DNA of 42,288 nt from Nitrosomonadales bacterium. GTDB taxonomy: Bacteria > Pseudomonadota > Gammaproteobacteria > Burkholderiales > Sulfuricellaceae. Positions 40,664-42,288 of this stretch are shown here, in pieces. Where the stretch lies: contig PQAG01000055.1 in the NCBI GenBank assembly GCA_003104895.1, positions 1 to 42,288 of the forward strand, given 5' to 3'. Numbering within the stretch: position 1 is the stretch's first letter; every line of letters starts with the position of its first letter. A program made the position numbers and the translations under genes. The notes under the pieces were generated by a model. The model searched no databases, had not been told where the DNA came from, and worked only from the letters and a program-made list of their open reading frames with translations.

Positions 40664-42288
40664 GGTCTGGATCGCCTCGCCTTTTTTCATCATGGTTTGC
40701 GCTCGCACTCGCCTGCAGCGCTTCCTTTTCCAGCAGGATTATCTGGATGTCCATGACGTTCGTTCCCGTTGGACCGGTCTTGAAATGGCTGTTCGTCCCT
40801 GACTGGGTATCAAGTTGTTGAAAAAAACCATAGGAATCATTGTTGTAAAGATAGGTAACCGGCTCCATGCCGAGACAACGCGCCCGTCCTGCCGTGTTGC
40901 CGTCGACCAGTGCGCCTGCGGCATCGGTCGGCCCGTCGCCCCCGTCCGTGCCGGCGGAAAGCAGGGTTACCCCGTTCAATCCGTCAACTTCCATGGAAAA
41001 AGCCAATGCCAGCTCCTGATTTCGGCCTCCTTTTCCCCCGCCCCTGACGGTAACGGTGGTTTCGCCACCGGATAACAAACACCGCCGTTCACCTGCATTC
41101 ATCCTGGTCAAAGTCATTCGCGCTGTTCGCGCCAGGAGGTGTGCGGCGTCACGCGCTTCCCCCTGAAGTTCGGCAGTGATTATCTGTGCGGCAATTCCGA
41201 ACTGCCTGGATTTTTCCGCCGCCGCCGCCAGTGCCAGGCTGATCCCGCCGACAATCACGTTGCGGGTTGAGGTCAGACAGGGGTCGCCATCTTTGACCGT
41301 TTCTGGAACGAATCCGGCAATACCCCGTTGCAGGTAATTCCTGACGCGCGACGGTATTTTTTCCTGCAGCCCATATTTCTCGATTACTGACCAGGCATAG
41401 TCAAAACTGGCGCCGTCAGGCGCGGTCGGACCGGAAGCGATGACATCGAGCCGGTCGCCAATCACGTCTGAAAGAATCATCGTCAACATCTGCGCCGGGA
41501 AGGCGGCTTGCGCCAGTCTTCCGCCCTTGACCGCAGAAAGATGCTTGCGCACGGCGTTCAACTCGCCGATGGTTGCGCCCGCTTTCAGCAGCAAGGCAGT
41601 CACTTCCTGCTTGTCCTGCAGCGTCAACTCCGCTACCGGCGCGGCCAGCAGCGCAGACGCGCCGCCAGATAGCAGGCAGATAAGCAGCGTCTTCTCATCA
41701 GCAGCCCGCACCATTTCCAGAATGCGCTGCGCTCCCTCCACGCCGGCCTCATTTGGCACTGGATGGGAAGCCTCGATCTGACAAACTTTGCACCGCGGCG
41801 CGGTGTGGCCTTCCTTCACAACAATCAGCCCGGCTGAAATCCGCTCGCCGAGCAGGTTTTCGATAGCCAAGGCCATGCGCGCAGTAGCCTTGCCTGCACC
41901 GACCACGACGATACGGCTGAAAGCTTCAAGCTGGTAGGTGGCATCGGCTACAACAAGGCAGTAATTTTCAAGCTTTGTGGCGTTAAGTACGGCCTGGTAG
42001 GGATCAACTGCGGCCAAGGCGGCGCTGAAAATATTCGTTAGAACAGATGATGGCGCTTCTTCTCCGCTATTCCCGCCAGACAGAAGTTGCAGCACCGTTT
42101 CGTTCCAGCCAAGTGGGCCTTGGCTATACGTTTTCACCAGCCCGGCCATGGCTATGCGGGAATCGAAACTGCCATCCTCGTGCCTGACCAGCACAGGACA
42201 ATCCACCGCCTGGAGCATGGGCAGATCGTTAAAACCATCGCCCAGCCCAATGCTGAAGATTTCGCCATATTCTTGTTCATAGAGCGAC
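40656..42288 (-). CDS. Apparent fusion of a HAD-IIB (GpgP/MpgP-like) phosphatase C-terminus and a MOFRL-type glycerate 2-kinase; 5'-truncated by window edge
   Basis: Frame is open to the edge: SLYEQEYGEIFSIGLGDGFNDLPMLQAVDCPVLV...GPLGWNETV, then with no stop or Met the kinase motifs AALAAVDP, GAGKA, ASHPVP, SGGASAL, ILSDVIGD, SGPT, GGETTV, GGRNQE, GTDGGDG, TGPTGTNVMD. Confidence 0.85.
   Translation of the reverse strand, partial: SLYEQEYGEIFSIGLGDGFNDLPMLQAVDCPVLVRHEDGSFDSRIAMAGLVKTYSQGPLGWNETVLQLLSGGNSGEEAPSSVLTNIFSAALAAVDPYQAVLNATKLENYCLVVADATYQLEAFSRIVVVGAGKATARMALAIENLLGERISAGLIVVKEGHTAPRCKVCQIEASHPVPNEAGVEGAQRILEMVRAADEKTLLICLLSGGASALLAAPVAELTLQDKQEVTALLLKAGATIGELNAVRKHLSAVKGGRLAQAAFPAQMLTMILSDVIGDRLDVIASGPTAPDGASFDYAWSVIEKYGLQEKIPSRVRNYLQRGIAGFVPETVKDGDPCLTSTRNVIVGGISLALAAAAEKSRQFGIAAQIITAELQGEARDAAHLLARTARMTLTRMNAGERRCLLSGGETTVTVRGGGKGGRNQELALAFSMEVDGLNGVTLLSAGTDGGDGPTDAAGALVDGNTAGRARCLGMEPVTYLYNNDSYGFFQQLDTQSGTNSHFKTGPTGTNVMDIQIILLEKEALQASASANHDEKRRGDPDHE

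Overview
GC-rich bacterial chromosomal window. Gene order and protein style suggest a betaproteobacterium (inference). It has five blocks. (1) 1-9433: core trpB-trpA-accD-folC-dedD-cvpA-purF, then a sigma70 promoter, SAM-II riboswitch and intrinsic terminator ahead of metZ, a group-III-like pfkA and a small hypothetical gene. (2) 10002-20770: a tightly coupled six-gene signalling operon (REC-HD-GYP, REC plus RsbW-like ATPase, a membrane 3xPAS sensor with no output domain, a double-transmitter hybrid kinase, a single-domain REC, and a REC-PAS-PAS-HK-REC-Hpt kinase), ending at a terminator shared with tRNA-Lys(UUU). (3) 20976-30828: hslO, hslR, a hypothetical gene, a complete ccmABCDEFGHI operon and dusC. 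(4) 31034-37330: accessory envelope/ion genes (secreted helical protein, P-type ATPase relic, pentapeptide-repeat protein, ArsB/NhaD-like permease, CBS, LapA-like, DUF389 with OmpA-like tail, MarR). (5) 37460-end: a glucosylglycerate-type solute cluster (GpgS-like, MscS-TM-only protein, Ggs-like, and an apparent HAD phosphatase-glycerate kinase fusion running off the window). The best novelty candidates are the output-less sensor with a possible helical docking partner, the phosphatase-kinase fusion, and the transcription-terminating SAM-II switch. All calls rest on motif recognition only; no searches were run.
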